Positions 26,732 through 41,169 of a stretch of DNA of 64,000 bases are shown here, in pieces; positions within the stretch are counted from its first letter, which is position 1, and every line of letters begins with the position of its first letter. The notes under the pieces are model-generated. The model was not told the origin of the DNA. It saw nothing but the letters and a program-made list of their open reading frames with translations, and searched no databases. Position numbers and translations under genes: made by a program. Origin of the DNA: Octopus bimaculoides (taxonomy: Eukaryota); the NCBI RefSeq assembly GCF_001194135.2, contig NC_069006.1, positions 19,997,854 through 20,061,853 on the forward strand, read 5' to 3'.

Positions 26732-27710
26732 CCCTTATAAGGTTTCATGTATATATATATATATATATATGTATATAATCATTTAAGGTCCATTTTCCAT
26801 GCTGGCATGGGTTATATGATGATGTGTGTGAGAGTATGTGCATGTGACTATCTCTATACATTTGCATTTTTATTATATGTGTATATATGTGTGTGTGGGT
26901 TAAATATTCCAGTTTCCCCAGCTGAACTGCGTAAGTAGTTGAACACTCCGTAGTCACGTGTACCTTTAAGATAACTCTTAGATAGAATCATTGTAACCAT
27001 ATGACAAATTTGGGTCTTTATATATTTCAAGTACAGTCCATCTGATGGACATCTGCATAGTTTCCATCTAAACAATTTCATTCCCATGGCTTTGGCCAAG
27101 GTGCAGCGGCTATAGTTAATGATATTTTACCCAAGATGTCTTGCTGTGGAATCGAAACCAAAACCTCTTGATTTGATTGCAGAGTGGGCTATTCTTACAT
27201 TCATTGTGTGTGCGTGTATTTATACATGCGTATTTATTTGTGTATATATATATATATCTATATACACACACATATATATACCCACACACACACATATATG
27301 ATTGTTTAAATGCTTTAAAAGTGGAACAGACCATACACCTGGGTGAACTTCGAAGTTACTGTCAATAAAAATAACCCAACTTGTAAATAGATGTACATGT
27401 ATATAGATTACAGGTAAACTTGAAACCCATTTTTCATGTTGGGTAATCACCAAGGTATTAAATGTATGTGTGTATGGTGTGTTGGGAGAAGATTGGCAAA
27501 AGAGTTGACCTTCACTGCTGACCCATCAGTGGATAGGTGTTCCAGTTCAAGGTTGAAATATACCCAGATACCCCCATAATTTTAGATACCCTCTCGTGAC
27601 ATCAACTCCTCTTGGTCAGAGCTATAATCATTGAAGGGAAATGAAAAGGGGTAGCATTATACACACACACCCACACATATTTTATATATAAATGAACAAT
27701 TTTTTATATG

Positions 27711-27772
<62 letters not shown>

Positions 27773-27853
27773 ATATTTTGTATAGCACATTCTGTATAGT
27801 CTATGTATATGTATATATAGAGTACATACATACTGTGTAGTCATATATATATT

Positions 27854-27900
<47 letters not shown>

Positions 27901-28028
27901 TGCATATATATATATATATAATATATATATGTGTTGTATGTAAACAGTATATTTATATAGATTGTATACTATATGTATATTTCTATAAACACATAACGTA
28001 TGTAGCACACCCTTATGTGTGTTTATTA

Positions 28029-28070
<42 letters not shown>

Positions 28071-29494
28071 TCATATATATATATAAATATATGTATGTAT
28101 ATAGTATATGTACTCATATACCCATATGTGTGTATATTATAATATATACCCATATAACATATATACTATGTGTGTATACAAGAGGGTGGGTGTTGAGTAT
28201 TCCATATAATTTCTATTCCAGATGACTGTTGTTTCCCTGAGATTCCGGATATTCAGTGGAAAGAAGGAAAAACAAAAAATGTAAAAAAGAAAAAAACAAA
28301 ATAGCCCAATGAATGAGTCATAGATCTTTGCTCATCCACATATATCACATACCCTTATTGTTCTTGAACTTGTTTTTTTTTTTCTTTTCTTTTTTTTTTC
28401 TTCTTTTCCACATGCCAACCCTTTAGTGTTATCTACCTACACGAATTAAAACAGCACCGCTTTAACATTATTCCCTCTTTTCACGCTCTCTCCTCCCATT
28501 TTTTTCCAATTCCACATCTCTTCCTTCTTTTTCTTCTTCTCCTCCTCCTCCTCACCACCACCACCACACCTTTTTTCTTTCCCTTTCTCAATGACTGATC
28601 TTCATTCTTCCTCTCTCTCTCACTCCCTCCCTCCCTCTCTCTCTCTCTCTCTCTCTCTTTTCTTACTCAACATTCAACGCCTTGTCGTTGTTTTTGTTAT
28701 TATTTGCAAAGTGTACATGCAGTTCTCCCTCTATAAAATTCTGTTTTTCTTTTCATCATCGAATCATCATCATCATCATTTGTTATCATCATCATTATTA
28801 TTATTATTATTATTATCATTATCATTACATTTGTATCTGAAATATTTCTGCTTGAACCCTTCTTCCTTCGTCCGTCCTTCAGTGGTTGGTTTCCTTCCTT
28901 ACAAGCCAAGCTTCACGTTTCCACCCCGGCTTAGCTGAGGTAATTATTATTAATAATCTAGTTTCTCTGCTGATAATGTTGGAAACTAGGTCATATCACT
29001 GGCTTTAGAAAGCGACACAGTTGGATCCACTCAGTGGCCGTCCTTCCCAAATCTTTTACATCCACATTCTAACCAACATCTACGTACATCTATAATTGCG
29101 ATATATTATTATTACTATTATTATTATTATTTATACACGCAGTTCGAGTGGGGTGCTTTTCTGCCATCTATATTTACAGCTGCGAAGTTCACAAATGTGG
29201 AAAATATGAGAGAGATTTAATGTAGATATATCGTTTATATAAGGACCAAACATAGATTTATTGATATATCAGGACAATGTTGATAACTAGATGTACTCTA
29301 GTTATCGACGCACACACACATATACACATTTGTACATATATATAGATATATGTGTACATTATATATACATATATATGTACACTATATATGTTCATATGTA
29401 CACACAGAGATGTATGTGGAAGATGAACGTTAAACGATGATATATATATATATATACACACAATATAATATAATATAATTCCTTCTCTCTCTCT

Positions 29495-29529
<35 letters not shown>

Positions 29530-29838
29530 ATAATATAATATAATTCCTTCTCTCTCTCTCTTTATNNNNNNNNNNTATATATATATATATGACAATAATT
29601 GTTGTCAAGCTATGGCTACCCATCTACTTCTGACTATAATAAAAATAATAATAATAATAACAACAATAGCAAGAATAATGTTTGGTTTATTTTATTTCCG
29701 TTGGTATGTGAAGGGTGTTTATGCGGTGACTATTATATATTGTGTGTATGAGTGAGTGCACCATGTAAGCGTAAAGGTGCGAGTGTTTGTTTGTTTGTTC
29801 GTTGCACTGTGTTTTTAACATCGCTTCGCTTCTTCCAG

Positions 29839-29880
29839 GTTTGTAGTGAGTGAGTGAATGAGCGAGCGAGCGAGCGAATG
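29839..29880 (+). other. Candidate 42-nt 5' exon ending in ATG
   Basis: CTTCGCTTCTTCCAG| acceptor and ATG|GTAAGG donor in CpG-retaining unique DNA. The body is partly (GAGC)n, so it may be chance. Confidence 0.25.
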
Positions 29881-30066
29881 GTAAGGTGTGTCTCCTGCCG
29901 ACCAACTGGAAATCTTGTTTCCTACGTAAATAAGAATACATACGTAGAACCTGCCAAGTAAAACTATAAAACTACATCGTTTCGAAGTGTTGTCAACTTT
30001 CGGCAGCAATCCTCGCATATCGCACAAATATTTTAGCAATTAGTATCATCATCATCATCGTCAACA

Positions 30067-30112
<46 letters not shown>

Positions 30113-30222
30113 GCCGAGGTCGACTTTGTCTTTCATCCTTTCGGTGAGGTCGATTTAAAATAAGTACCNNNNNNNNNNNNNNNNNNNNNNNNNNNNNNNG
30201 GCCTTGTGCCAAAATTTGAAGC

Positions 30223-30280
<58 letters not shown>

Positions 30281-30380
30281 TCGGGGTCGATAAAATAAGT
30301 ACCATTTGATCATTGGGATCGATGTAAACGACTTGCCTACCCCATCTCCCTAAATTGCTGGCCTTGTGCCAAAATTTTAA
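30113..30380 (+). mobile_element. Two partial SINE A copies within (TTA)n
   Basis: GCCGAGGTCGACTTTG and GGGGTCGATAAAATAAGTACC. CpGs retained. Confidence 0.75.
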
Positions 30381-30382
30381 AC

Positions 30383-30425
<43 letters not shown>

Positions 30426-32354
30426 TTACTGTCCTCGATTTCGATGTCAACTGGTTATTAAACTGTAAATAATATACCAGTAATAAACTGAGGTGTTGGA
30501 TCATCGACACTTACGCCTTCCTCTCCACTCGCCTAAATTAATATTTGTGACATGTTGATGTTAAACGAATATCACTAATACTGTTGTTGTTGTTGTTATT
30601 AGTATTGTTCATCATCATCGTCATCATCATTTTTATCATCGTCAACTATTAAAGCGTGCTTCTGTGGTAGTGGTGGCGGTGGTGGCAGCGGCGGCAGCTT
30701 GATCTAGTTTCTGTTTCCTCGTATATATATTTATATATATCTAAATTATTTTAGCAATCAGTATGATAATGTGTGCTGGTGTAATTAGGTCACCTTCTTT
30801 GAATCTCACTCTTCCATCCACCCCCGTAGATGTTCCGTATATTCTATATCACCGCTTAGAACTCTTAGTGAAGTTTCGCTCCTCTATCAGAATTTCGGTT
30901 TCGAGTATCACTCACGTTCACTTTTAATTAAACAGAATTCTTGAATTTACAACTTATGGTAAGGCTGGCAAGAAGTATTTCATAAAAATGCCGTCATCTG
31001 GTGCTTAAAATACCTTATAATTCCTTACGTCGCCTTTTATTGTTGGGAGGAATTTTTTCATTTTTTGTTGGCTCATTTAATTAATATTCAGTTTATTTAT
31101 TAATTCGGTTTTCGTTCTTTTATCATCTTTCAAACTTCCCACTTGTTATAAACCAGAAATTCCCTCCCCACAAACAAACGCTGGCTCAAAAAAAAATCTT
31201 TCTCTCAACGTTTTCCCAGTCTGCGTTACTAAACCCCCATTTTGAAAGTTAATGCGGTCATGTAAGGCAACATAGCAAGTGTACTTTCTATCGAATGGTA
31301 ACAAATCGATATTTTTACTACCACCACCACTACTACTACTACTAATGCTGCTGCTGCTCATCTTCCTCCCCCGTCTCCGCTACTATTCCTGTTATTGTCA
31401 CTGTTGTATTATTAATGATAGCTGCTGCATCCTTCACTTCTGTGAACGCGTGTTAGCTATAAGTACATGTCACTTTAGAAATTGTGTGTTTTTACTAAGA
31501 TAATATTGACATCTTTTTTTGCCTCGCTTCATTCTCTCCTCGTCATTTTTCTTGTGGATCATTTCCCAATCGAATATCTATCTGTCAAGCAGGGGAAATA
31601 GGTTGTTTCTTTTTAAAATCTGTTTGGAATTTTCGTACAAACATTCGAGTCTTTTAGACTCTTACCTGAAATGTCATTACCAACCACCCACTGACACACT
31701 TAATTCCATGCTCGCTCCCCCACCCCACCCTGCATCCTTCTGCCATCACTTCCCGCTACCTCCTCCTCCTCTACCACCACCACCACCACCACCAGTAGTC
31801 ATATTGAATTATTGATATCTTCTTCCTCTTCTTCTAGTGTCTTCATTTAGCACAATTATTTAGGCCTACTCACTTGTTCCAGCAAACCTTCACCGCACTA
31901 GATTTCTGACAGTCGCCCACCCTCGTCCCTACATCCCCCCAATAATATCGTTTCTTGTTTTTCAGGAATTGTTGTAGTCATTGAGAACTTTGAAAATACT
32001 GAAAGTTAACCTTGAATTTTCTCCCCCCCCTCACCTTTCTTTTCTTTTCTTTTTTTCTTCCTTTTTTTTTTGTTTTTCGGATTGATTCTTCCCTTTCATT
32101 GATGCTTTGTTTCTTTCTTTGTTTCCATCACGTGAATGCTGCCTTGAGAGCCCTGCTAGTGCTGTGAGGAGACCATTCCATTGGTTTGGCTATTATTATA
32201 TTATAATAATATATAGCATGTGAAAATATGGGTTCATTGTTGGAATTGTTACACATTGCAGCCACAGCAGTTTGGTACATCGGCATTCCAAATATTTTAA
32301 TTTGGCTGTTTCACTAAATGTTGCTCTCTCTTTCTCCCTCCCTCCCTTTCTTTT

Positions 32355-32395
<41 letters not shown>

Positions 32396-32995
32396 TTGCA
32401 TCCTCGTCTTAGGTCAGTCATCTTAAAGGAAATGAATTGTTACATTAAATCTGAGAATTGAGAAATTTTTGCGGGGAGCGTAAATGCCAAGTTGTAATTG
32501 TCCGTCCATATCTTAAATATATATCGGTCACATTAGCAAAAAGATTCCACCTGGGGAAACGAATCCAGCTTACAGAGTCAATTGACCATGATGCCAAATT
32601 CTTGGTCACCATTCCTACNNNNNNNNNNNNNNNNNNNNNNNNNNNNNNNNNNNNNNNNNNNNNNNNNNNNNNNNNNNNNNNNNNNNNNNNNNNNNNNNNN
32701 NNNNNNNNNNNNNNNNNNNNNNNNNNNNNNNNNNNNNNNNNNNNNNNNNNNNNNNNNNNNNNNNNNNNNNNNNNNNNNNNNNNNNNNNNNNNNNNNNNNN
32801 NNNNNNNNNNNTAATTTTTATTCTTTTCATATCTAATTTATGAAATTGGCCATTTTTGTATTTTAGACATTTATCGTTTAACTGTAGAAATGGTGAAATG
32901 CCTAATTAAATTGAATTACAACACTTGTATTGTTCAGATCCTGCTGGGGTCAGCTATACTATACATTTTTTTCTATGTTAATAATATAAGTACCC

Positions 32996-33375
32996 AAGCT
33001 GGTGAGCTGGCAGAATTGTTAGCACACTGGGGAAAATGCTTAGTGGCATTTCATCTGATTTTATGTTCTGAGTTCAAATTCTGCCGGGGTTGACTTTACC
33101 TTTCATCCTTTCAGGGTCAATAAAATAAGTACCAGTTGTGCACTGGGGACGGGGATCAATGCAACTGATTTACTCCCTCCTCCGGACTTGTTGGCTTTGT
33201 GTCAAAATTTGAAAGCAATATTTATTATTTCATCGACACCGAAAGAATGAGAGGTCGACTTTGCCTTTCACCCTTTCGGGGTCAGTAAAATAAGTACCAG
33301 TTATGCACTGGGGTCGATGTAATCAATTTAACCCCTTCCCTGATATTGTTGGTCTTGTGCCAAAATTTGAAACCA
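32996..33375 (+). mobile_element. SINE A copies, CpG-decayed
   Basis: Family A motifs with CG changed to TG/CA. Confidence 0.8.
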
Positions 33376-33809
33376 ATAATATAACTACAATAGAGGTAGC
33401 TTGTCAACCAGTGACTCACACCTGGTACCTAGTGTAGTCTTCACCTGTGGCACCACAAACAGTATGTGGCGGTGGATCACCCTTTGGGCAAAGGTATTGG
33501 CAGGGTGGTTAATTCAGGTTGAGAGTAGCTGACAAATTTTAAACTGTTGGCCAAATTCTTTAGCATTCAGATTTCTTTGTCAAATATATTATATATTCAC
33601 ATTGCTTTGAATTGATCACACATTATCTTCTGGCTTCAAGATTTCACTGGTGTGTTTGTATATTTTTAGTATGACCTCCCTGAGGAATTAGTGGGAAAAT
33701 TGTCCCTTAAATAGCTGATGTAAAAACTCTAGGCTAGTCTGTCATGTTAAGGGGTGGACAGTCAGTGTAAAGCTAAATGGACTTGACCATCATGTGATGA
33801 ACCAAAAGT

Positions 33810-34085
33810 AGGTAGCCTTGTGAGTGGATTTGGTAGACGGAAACTGAAAGAAGCCCGTCATATGTGTATATGTGTGTGTCAGTGTGTGTGTCCCCTCACC
33901 ATCGCTTGACAACCGATGTTGGTATGTTTACGTCCCTGTAACTTAGCAGTTTGGCAAAACAGACCGATAGAATAAGTACTAGGCTTACAAAGAATAAGTC
34001 CTGGGGTCGATTTGTTCAACTAAAGGCGGTGCTCGAGCATGACCGCAGTCAAAAGACTGAAACAATTCAAAGAGTAAAAGAGTGA
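33810..34085 (+). mobile_element. SINE family C
   Basis: CCTTGTGAGTGGATTTGGTAGACGGAAACTGAAAGAAGCCCGTC...GACTGAAAC. Confidence 0.85.
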
Positions 34086-34275
34086 AAAATAAGGCAGCCA
34101 GGTGAAATGCCTCTAAGCAATTCACTTGTACTTACATTCTGAGTTCAAATTCCATCGAGGTCGACTTTGCCTTTCTGGGTCGATAAAATAAGTACCATTT
34201 GAGCATTGGGGCCAATGTCATCAACTTAACCATTTCCCCCGAAATTGCTGGCCTTGTGCCAAAAATTTGAAACCG
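34085..34275 (+). mobile_element. SINE family A
   Basis: TTCTGAGTTCAAATTCC...GTCGACTTTGCC...GGCCTTGTGCCAAAA. Confidence 0.75.
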
Positions 34276-35460
34276 ATATAGATGGGAGCTGTCATACTTT
34301 GCCGTTCACCTGTACTCAGTGTATCCTCTATTGTTGGTTGATATTCTTTAAAAAGTGCTGTCTTTATCTATGATGTAGAGTCTTTGTGATCTTCTAAAAC
34401 AAAGGATGAACTAGAAAAATGGAAGCACAATGGTTTAGCCAAGACAGTAAACTACTTACTCATCAGTCTTGAGCTGTTGCAGGTGTTTCCTTGAATTTAT
34501 AGACAGAACAATTTATTCTACATTAACACAGTTCATAAAACTCTTCAAAAGAGAAACAAGATTATATAGGAATGTTATATGCATCATAGTGTCATCTGAT
34601 TCGCAGAAGCCTGCTCTCGCATTTTATGCCATAAAATTTGCTGCTAAACACCTGCTCTCCGAGGCCTTTTAGGTTTTTAAAAGATTCATTTACGTGACTA
34701 ATTTGATTGATTATACCCACCTCTTTAGTGGCAAATAATTATATATATATATATATATTAAATAAATTGATATTGTTGTTGTCTTTCAGTTAGTGATATA
34801 AAATTACATATAAATTAGATTGGAGCCTGGTGTTGCCATCCGGTTTCACCAGTCCTCAGTCAAATCGTCCAACCCATGCTAGCATGGAAAGCGGACGTTA
34901 AACGATGATGATGATGATGATGATGATGACTAGCTAAATACATAGATAGATAAGTCAATGTCAGATGAGTCTAATGTAAATCGGAAAAGTTGTCATTAAA
35001 ACCTAAAAATTTCCAGCATGACTGTATTTTGATCATGTATTTAAAATTCAATAGCACTTTTAACGTTTTGCATTAACAATCTTTATTTAGGTGAATAATG
35101 TAATGTTATAGCATCGGTAGAAAGAGGTTACGGTTACAATCAGGGGAGATTACTGTTGCAACTGGAGAATAGTGAGATTATGGAGCATCCTGGACTTTAA
35201 GTCATGGTGTCAGTAGGTGCAGATTAGTGTTCAAGCATTCAGGAAACTAATTCACATGTTTATGTGTACACTCATTACAAAGAAATGTATACACACACAC
35301 ACATAATATATATATATGCTCGAAATGAGTAGATTGACATCCAACTGATGAAGGGTCCTTTCTCTGTGTTTGTTTGTCCTGTTTTCCATTTTTTTTCTTG
35401 TTGTTTACATATTTCATGTTATTTGCACCGTTGGTGACATCTTGTACCCATATATTCATG

Positions 35461-35492
<32 letters not shown>

Positions 35493-35544
35493 TTTAATTG
35501 AACACGACACATCCATTTCCTTCAGAGATTTAACATTGTTTATA

Positions 35545-35587
<43 letters not shown>

Positions 35588-35588
35588 G

Positions 35589-35650
35589 CAGGTTGTCGTC
35601 GACTTAAGACCTATCCGACTTACAGCTGATTGACTTTACGGTGATTGGTG
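35589..35650. mobile_element. Possible pogo/Tigger-type terminal fragment
   Basis: CAGGTTGTCGTCGACTTAAGAC followed by repeated GACTTAC/GACTTTACG, next to (TA)n. Second TIR not found. Confidence 0.3.
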
Positions 35651-36202
35651 TGCCAGTTCCCAGAGCAGTAATAGTCTAGTTGAAATCTAATTAAAAAAAA
35701 AAAAGAAAATTATGTCAGCTAACAAACGATTCCTCTAGGTTTGGTTATCGATCGCCACTGTGGTCATCCCGAGTGTTGGATGAATATCCTGTCGCGGAGA
35801 CATCAACGCAACCTCGTATTTGTTTATAAGACAACTGCTTGAAACTCCACAAGTTTTGACTAACACCAGTTTAACTGTATACAGAATAGTATACAGAATG
35901 TGCCTTCACATACATACATATATATATGTTTGTATGCGCACACACTCACATACATATATAGTATGTAGATGGGGTTATAATCAAAGCTGTGTTCTCATGA
36001 AGTACATCTACATAATCTAATTCTCCAAAGTATATATGCAGTTCTTATAATCCATATGGGAGTTGAAAGCACTAGAGGCTAAATACTGGAAAGTATTTAT
36101 TGCAGAGCAATTATATATTAAAACAGAAACTGGAATTTTGGTGGTGTTATTTCCAAATAGAATAAATAATACCAAAATTTTCCAGTTTTTGTTGCAATGT
36201 GC

Positions 36203-36265
<63 letters not shown>

Positions 36266-36279
36266 AGAGAGAGAGAGAG

Positions 36280-36590
36280 TTGTCTATGTGATTAAGAAGT
36301 TTGCTTTGCAACCCTGTGGTTTTGAGTTCAGTCCCACTGCACGGCACCTTGGGCAAGTGTCTTCTACTATATCTCTGAGCCAGCCAATGTGTTGTGAATG
36401 AATTTGATAGATGGAAACTGAAAGAAGCTCTGTAACTTAGCAGATCAGCATAGAAACCCACTAAAATAAGTACCAGATTTTGAAAAAACAAGAAGGAAGT
36501 TCTAGGGTTGGTTTCTTTGACTAAAACCCTTCAAGACAACACCACAGCACGGCTGCAGTCCAATGACTGACACCAGTTAAAGGTAATAGA
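36280..36590 (+). mobile_element. SINE family C
   Basis: AAGAAGTTTGCTT...GAGTTCAGTCCCACTGC...GCACCTTGGGCAAGTGTCTTCTACTAT. Confidence 0.8.
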
Positions 36591-37837
36591 TAAAATGTAT
36601 TGCTGGTCATGTCTAATTTGACTGAGTTGCCAAATGTCAAGTAATCTTTACAGCCAAATATTTGTAAAATAGTTTAGATTATACTTAACCTTTTGCCTGT
36701 CCAAAGCATTTTTATAAGCTTCTCCTAATTGTCAATGCTTGTTTTCAGACGTTTAGTTAATCCTTGTCTCATATGTTCTGAGTAATTATAAAGCATTGCT
36801 TTGAATGGGTCCCAACTATATATATGTAGAAGGTTGAAAAGGAACATGACAGACAGAAAAACGGAAAATGTCCCTTGCATTTGAAAACTATGGAAATATT
36901 TTTAAAAAAACATTTCATTTAATTTTTCCACAATTTAATTGTTTTTCATGCTTTACTCTTAAGTTGAAAAAGTCGCAAAGACTGAAACCGGTACTAAAAT
37001 GTTCTTCACGATAAAATTATTTTATCATTTTCTACCTTGTCTTATTTTGCTTATACATCTATACATCTATNNNNNNNNNNNNNNNNNNNNNNNNNNNNNN
37101 NNNNNNNNNNNNNNNNNNNNNNNNNNNNNNNNNNNNNNNNNNNNNNNNNNNNNNNNNNNNNNNNNNNNNNNNNNNNNNNNNNNNNNNNNNNNNNNNNNNN
37201 NNNNNNNNNNNNNNNNNNNNNNNNNNNNNNNNNNNNNNNNNNNNNNNNNNNNNNNNNNNNNNNNNNNNNNNNNNNNNNNNNNNNNNNNNNNNNNNNNNNN
37301 NNNNNNNNNNNNNNNNNNNNNNNNNNNNNNNNNNNNNNNNNNNNNNNNNNNNNNNNNNNNNNNNNNNNNNNNNNNNNNNNNNNNNNNNNNNNNNNNNNNN
37401 NNNNNNNNNNNNNNNNNNNNNNNNNNNNNNNNNNNNNNNNNNNNNNNNNNNNNNNNNNNNNNNNNNNNNNNNNNNNNNNNNNNNNNNNNNNNNNNNNNNN
37501 NNNNNNNNNNNNNNNNNNNNNNNNNNNNNNNNNNNNNNNNNNNNNNNNNNNNNNNNNNNNNNNNNNNNNNNNNNNNNNNNNNNNNNNNNNNNNNNNNNNN
37601 NNNNNNNNNNNNNNNNNNNNNNNNNNNNNNNNNNNNNNNNNNNNNNNNNNNNNNNNNNNNNNNNNNNNNNNNNNNNNNNNNNNNNNNNNNNNNNNNNNNN
37701 NNNNNNNNNNNNNNNNNNNNNNNNNNNNNNNNNNNNNNNNNNNNNNNNNNNNNNNNNNNNNNNNNNNNNNNNNNNNNNNNNNNNNNNNNNNNNNATATAT
37801 ATATATATATATATATACATATATATACATATATATA

Positions 37838-38615
37838 TGTGATGGGCTTTCAGCTGCCAGATCCACTCAAGGCATTGGTTGACCCTGGGCAATAGTGGAA
37901 GACACTTGCCTGTGGTGCCTGGCAGGGGAACTGAATCTGCAACCATGTAGTTTGGAAGCAAACTTCTTAGCACTCAGCCAGCCATTCCTGCATGTAAATA
38001 TTTATGTTATTCCACATATTTTGTGTGTAATAACCGATTCCACAACTGCTGTTACTAATATAATAATATAATAATGTACATTCCTTTCTCTAAGAGTAGT
38101 TACTCGTTTCTTATAATTAATTTATCAATTGATCTCCACGATACTGTATCACAGTGTTTGCTAGTGGAGCCTTTATGAGATTGCTCAACCTGCTAGAAAT
38201 AGCAGCCAAAATCCCCTCATCACACCCTGCTGTTTTGTATAATATAGTCCTGCATACCTCAAAACTGTTGTTAAAATTTATATGCATTGAATTGGTTACA
38301 GTTCTGGTTACAGCAGTGCATAAAATATTTTAACAATTTTTTTTTTTTTTATACAATTTCTCTTAATATTTAATCACAAAAATATAAGATGTTTTGCACA
38401 TTAAATAGTTATCCATTATCTTTTATCTTTTTCTTGTTTCAGTCATTAGACTACGGCCATGCTGGGGCAATGCCTTCAACTTTTTTAGTCGAATGAATCG
38501 ACCCGAATACTTATTTTTGTGTTGAGCCTTGTACCTATTTTATTGGTCGCTTTTGCTGGACTGCTAAGTCATGGGAACATAAACATACCAACAGCAGTTG
38601 TCAAGCGGTGGTGGG

Positions 38616-38651
<36 letters not shown>

Positions 38652-38780
38652 GATAGTCTTCTTACCAAATCCACTCACAAGACTTTGCTTATCCAGAGGC
38701 TGCAGCAGAAGACACTTGCCCAATTTTGTACTTGGTTTGCAAGATTCTTGATGGGGAATCGTGTGCTGGAACATATTTTC
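37838..38780 (-). mobile_element. SINE C copies (37838-37985, 38425-38780)
   Basis: Reverse-complement family C motifs, e.g. GAAGACACTTGCC. Confidence 0.75.
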
Positions 38781-39084
38781 TTGTATCTTGGGAGGTCCAT
38801 TATGCCAATAATAAACACACAGACTGACACACTGGTTCTGTTTCACTTCTTTATACTTTTATTTGTCAGTTGTTAACTAGTTAGCCAATTAACTAATTGA
38901 TTGAGTGGTTAATCATTTCGTTAATCAATCAATCATGGAAGAAAGTTAATTACTAACAATATATTAAAAAAATTTAATCAGTGTAAAAGGTCTAATGCTA
39001 AAGTTTGAGAGTATTGATAGATACTAATTAATACCAGAAACAGTCATTTGGAAATAAACGACAATTCTGTTAAAAAATACTAGT

Positions 39085-39420
39085 GGTTCAGTCCCACTGC
39101 ATGGCAAGTGTCTTCTACTATAGCCCTGGGCTAACTAAAGCTTTGTGAGTGGAGTTGGTAGACAGAAACTGAAAGAAGCCCATTGTATGTGTGTGTCTGT
39201 GTTTGTACCCCCACCACTACTTGATAACCATGTTGGGTTTGCTTACGTCCCCATAATTTAGCAGTTCAACAAAAAGCGCCAATAGTATAAGTACCGGGCT
39301 TAAAAAAAAAAGAAGAAAAGTAATAATTACTGGAGTTTGAATTGTATGACTAAACCCTTCATGTTAGTGCTCCAGCATGGCCACATTCCTGTCTGAGACA
39401 ATTGGAAAATGAAAGATAAT
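39085..39420 (+). mobile_element. SINE family C
   Basis: GGTTCAGTCCCACTGC...AAGTGTCTTCTACTATAGCC...AAACTGAAAGAAGCCC. Confidence 0.8.
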
Positions 39421-39538
39421 AGTTATGTATTAGCTCTGTTAATAAACTTCCAATATCTGTAACTTTTATTCTTATACTTGTTCCTCTTTGTATTCTTTGA
39501 TTCATTATTCCGTATTGAAGTAACAAACATAAATCACA

Positions 39539-39616
<78 letters not shown>

Positions 39617-39623
<7 letters not shown>

Positions 39624-39775
39624 GTGCATTACTATACATAAATGCCTCACGCTAGGAGGGACTCTTAAAGTCAAAACTACCATAATAAACACATGTAAAA
39701 TGTGTTTATTATGGTAGTTTTGACTTTGAGTCCCTCCTAGCGTGGGGTGTTTATGTATAGTAATGCCCTTAATAT
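39617..39775. repeat. Near-perfect ~160-bp palindrome (foldback)
   Basis: Arms 39617-39694 and 39700-39775, 5-nt loop GTAAA, 4 substitutions and a 2-nt bulge. Confidence 0.9.
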
Positions 39776-40929
39776 AAATAAATACATTTAAAGGGAATAA
39801 TTAATAATTTTTTCCCTTATGAGGTTTTTCACACTAACTACTTCATAAATTCTTGTAAAGATTTTATCCTATTTTTAAATTATAAATATATATATATATA
39901 TATATAACTTTATTTTTATTCTGTACTCTTCCTCTAATAAAGTACTTTCAGGTTTATCATCATCATTTTTTTGCTGTCTTTTGTTTTCTGGCAAACTCCC
40001 AAATTATTAAAGACGTTTCTTGTTCATATTTTAGCTGTTCTTTCTTTCATGTAATCTAAATTATTATTTTCTTATCTACAGTTTTGTAAAAACAATCCCC
40101 AAAAAACAAAACAAAACAAAACAAAATCTTTGGTTTCAAATAATTTCAAAGCAGGAAGTAAAAATCTTTATTCTTATTCTGCTTCTTCTTCTTCTTCTTA
40201 TTATTATTATTGAATTGTGCATATGTACGTGTGTGCGTGTGTACGTGTGGATTTGCTTTCACCTAACTCTAGAACTTGTGTTTCATCAATTTTATTTTTT
40301 GTCAAATATATCATTAATGCTATTAACTATTGGTCAAAACTAATAGGTAAGTCATTTTCAAATACTCTTGCTGGCTTGCTTTTTGCTGTCCTAAAAAGAA
40401 TGTGACACTTTTGTTATGTTAAGGTTTATTATTTTTTTTGTATCAGTTTAAGAAATTTAAATTAATAAAATTCCAAAAGAAAACCTGTTCTGGTTGTAGC
40501 TTACCTTTTCTCAGCGAAAACAGCTAAAACCTTCTTTGTGAAGTCCTGCTTCTTTTATTTATCTTTGCACAAGTTGTCCAAATATGTTGGAATTCTTTGG
40601 TCACTGATTACTGTAGTTAACTGGATGTATTAGATGGGTACCTTTAATCCAATCAACACTGCTATATGTGTATCACAAATATTTTAATCTTGTGTAGCAA
40701 TTCTCTAGAAGTAATCTCTTTAAAGGCAATACATACATATATATATATACACACACATACATACAAATCTATCTATCTATCTATCTGTCTATCTATATGT
40801 ATACATACACACATACATTCTTAAACAGATTTATATCTACTATACATTTCCATTCAAATGCAATAAAAGCTTTTCTGTCTTGAAGTATCATTCATTGTAT
40901 ATATGCTTGTGTGTATGTGTGTGCACACA

Positions 40930-41008
<79 letters not shown>

Positions 41009-41169
41009 GCACACATACATACACAGTATGTATATCTATCTATATTATTATACACACACACACACACACACACATATATAGTGTATATGTGTACATGTAT
41101 GTATGTATGCAGACACATGTACACACATACATATATATATTGGCTATTCAGCTTGCTGCCCACAGGTGA

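Noticed and set aside
34440-34672. ORF 34469-34672 and a minus-strand GA|GTAAGT donor
   Set aside because: No recognisable protein; all frames from nearby minus-strand acceptors hit stops.
35345-35365. Hammerhead core CTGATGAAGGG
   Set aside because: No closing stem or downstream GAAA; the upstream GAAA gives no convincing type II/III fold.
35738-35850. CpG-rich exon-like segment after CCTCTAG
   Set aside because: All frames close within ~35 codons and there is no good donor; may be a TE interior next to the pogo-like end.
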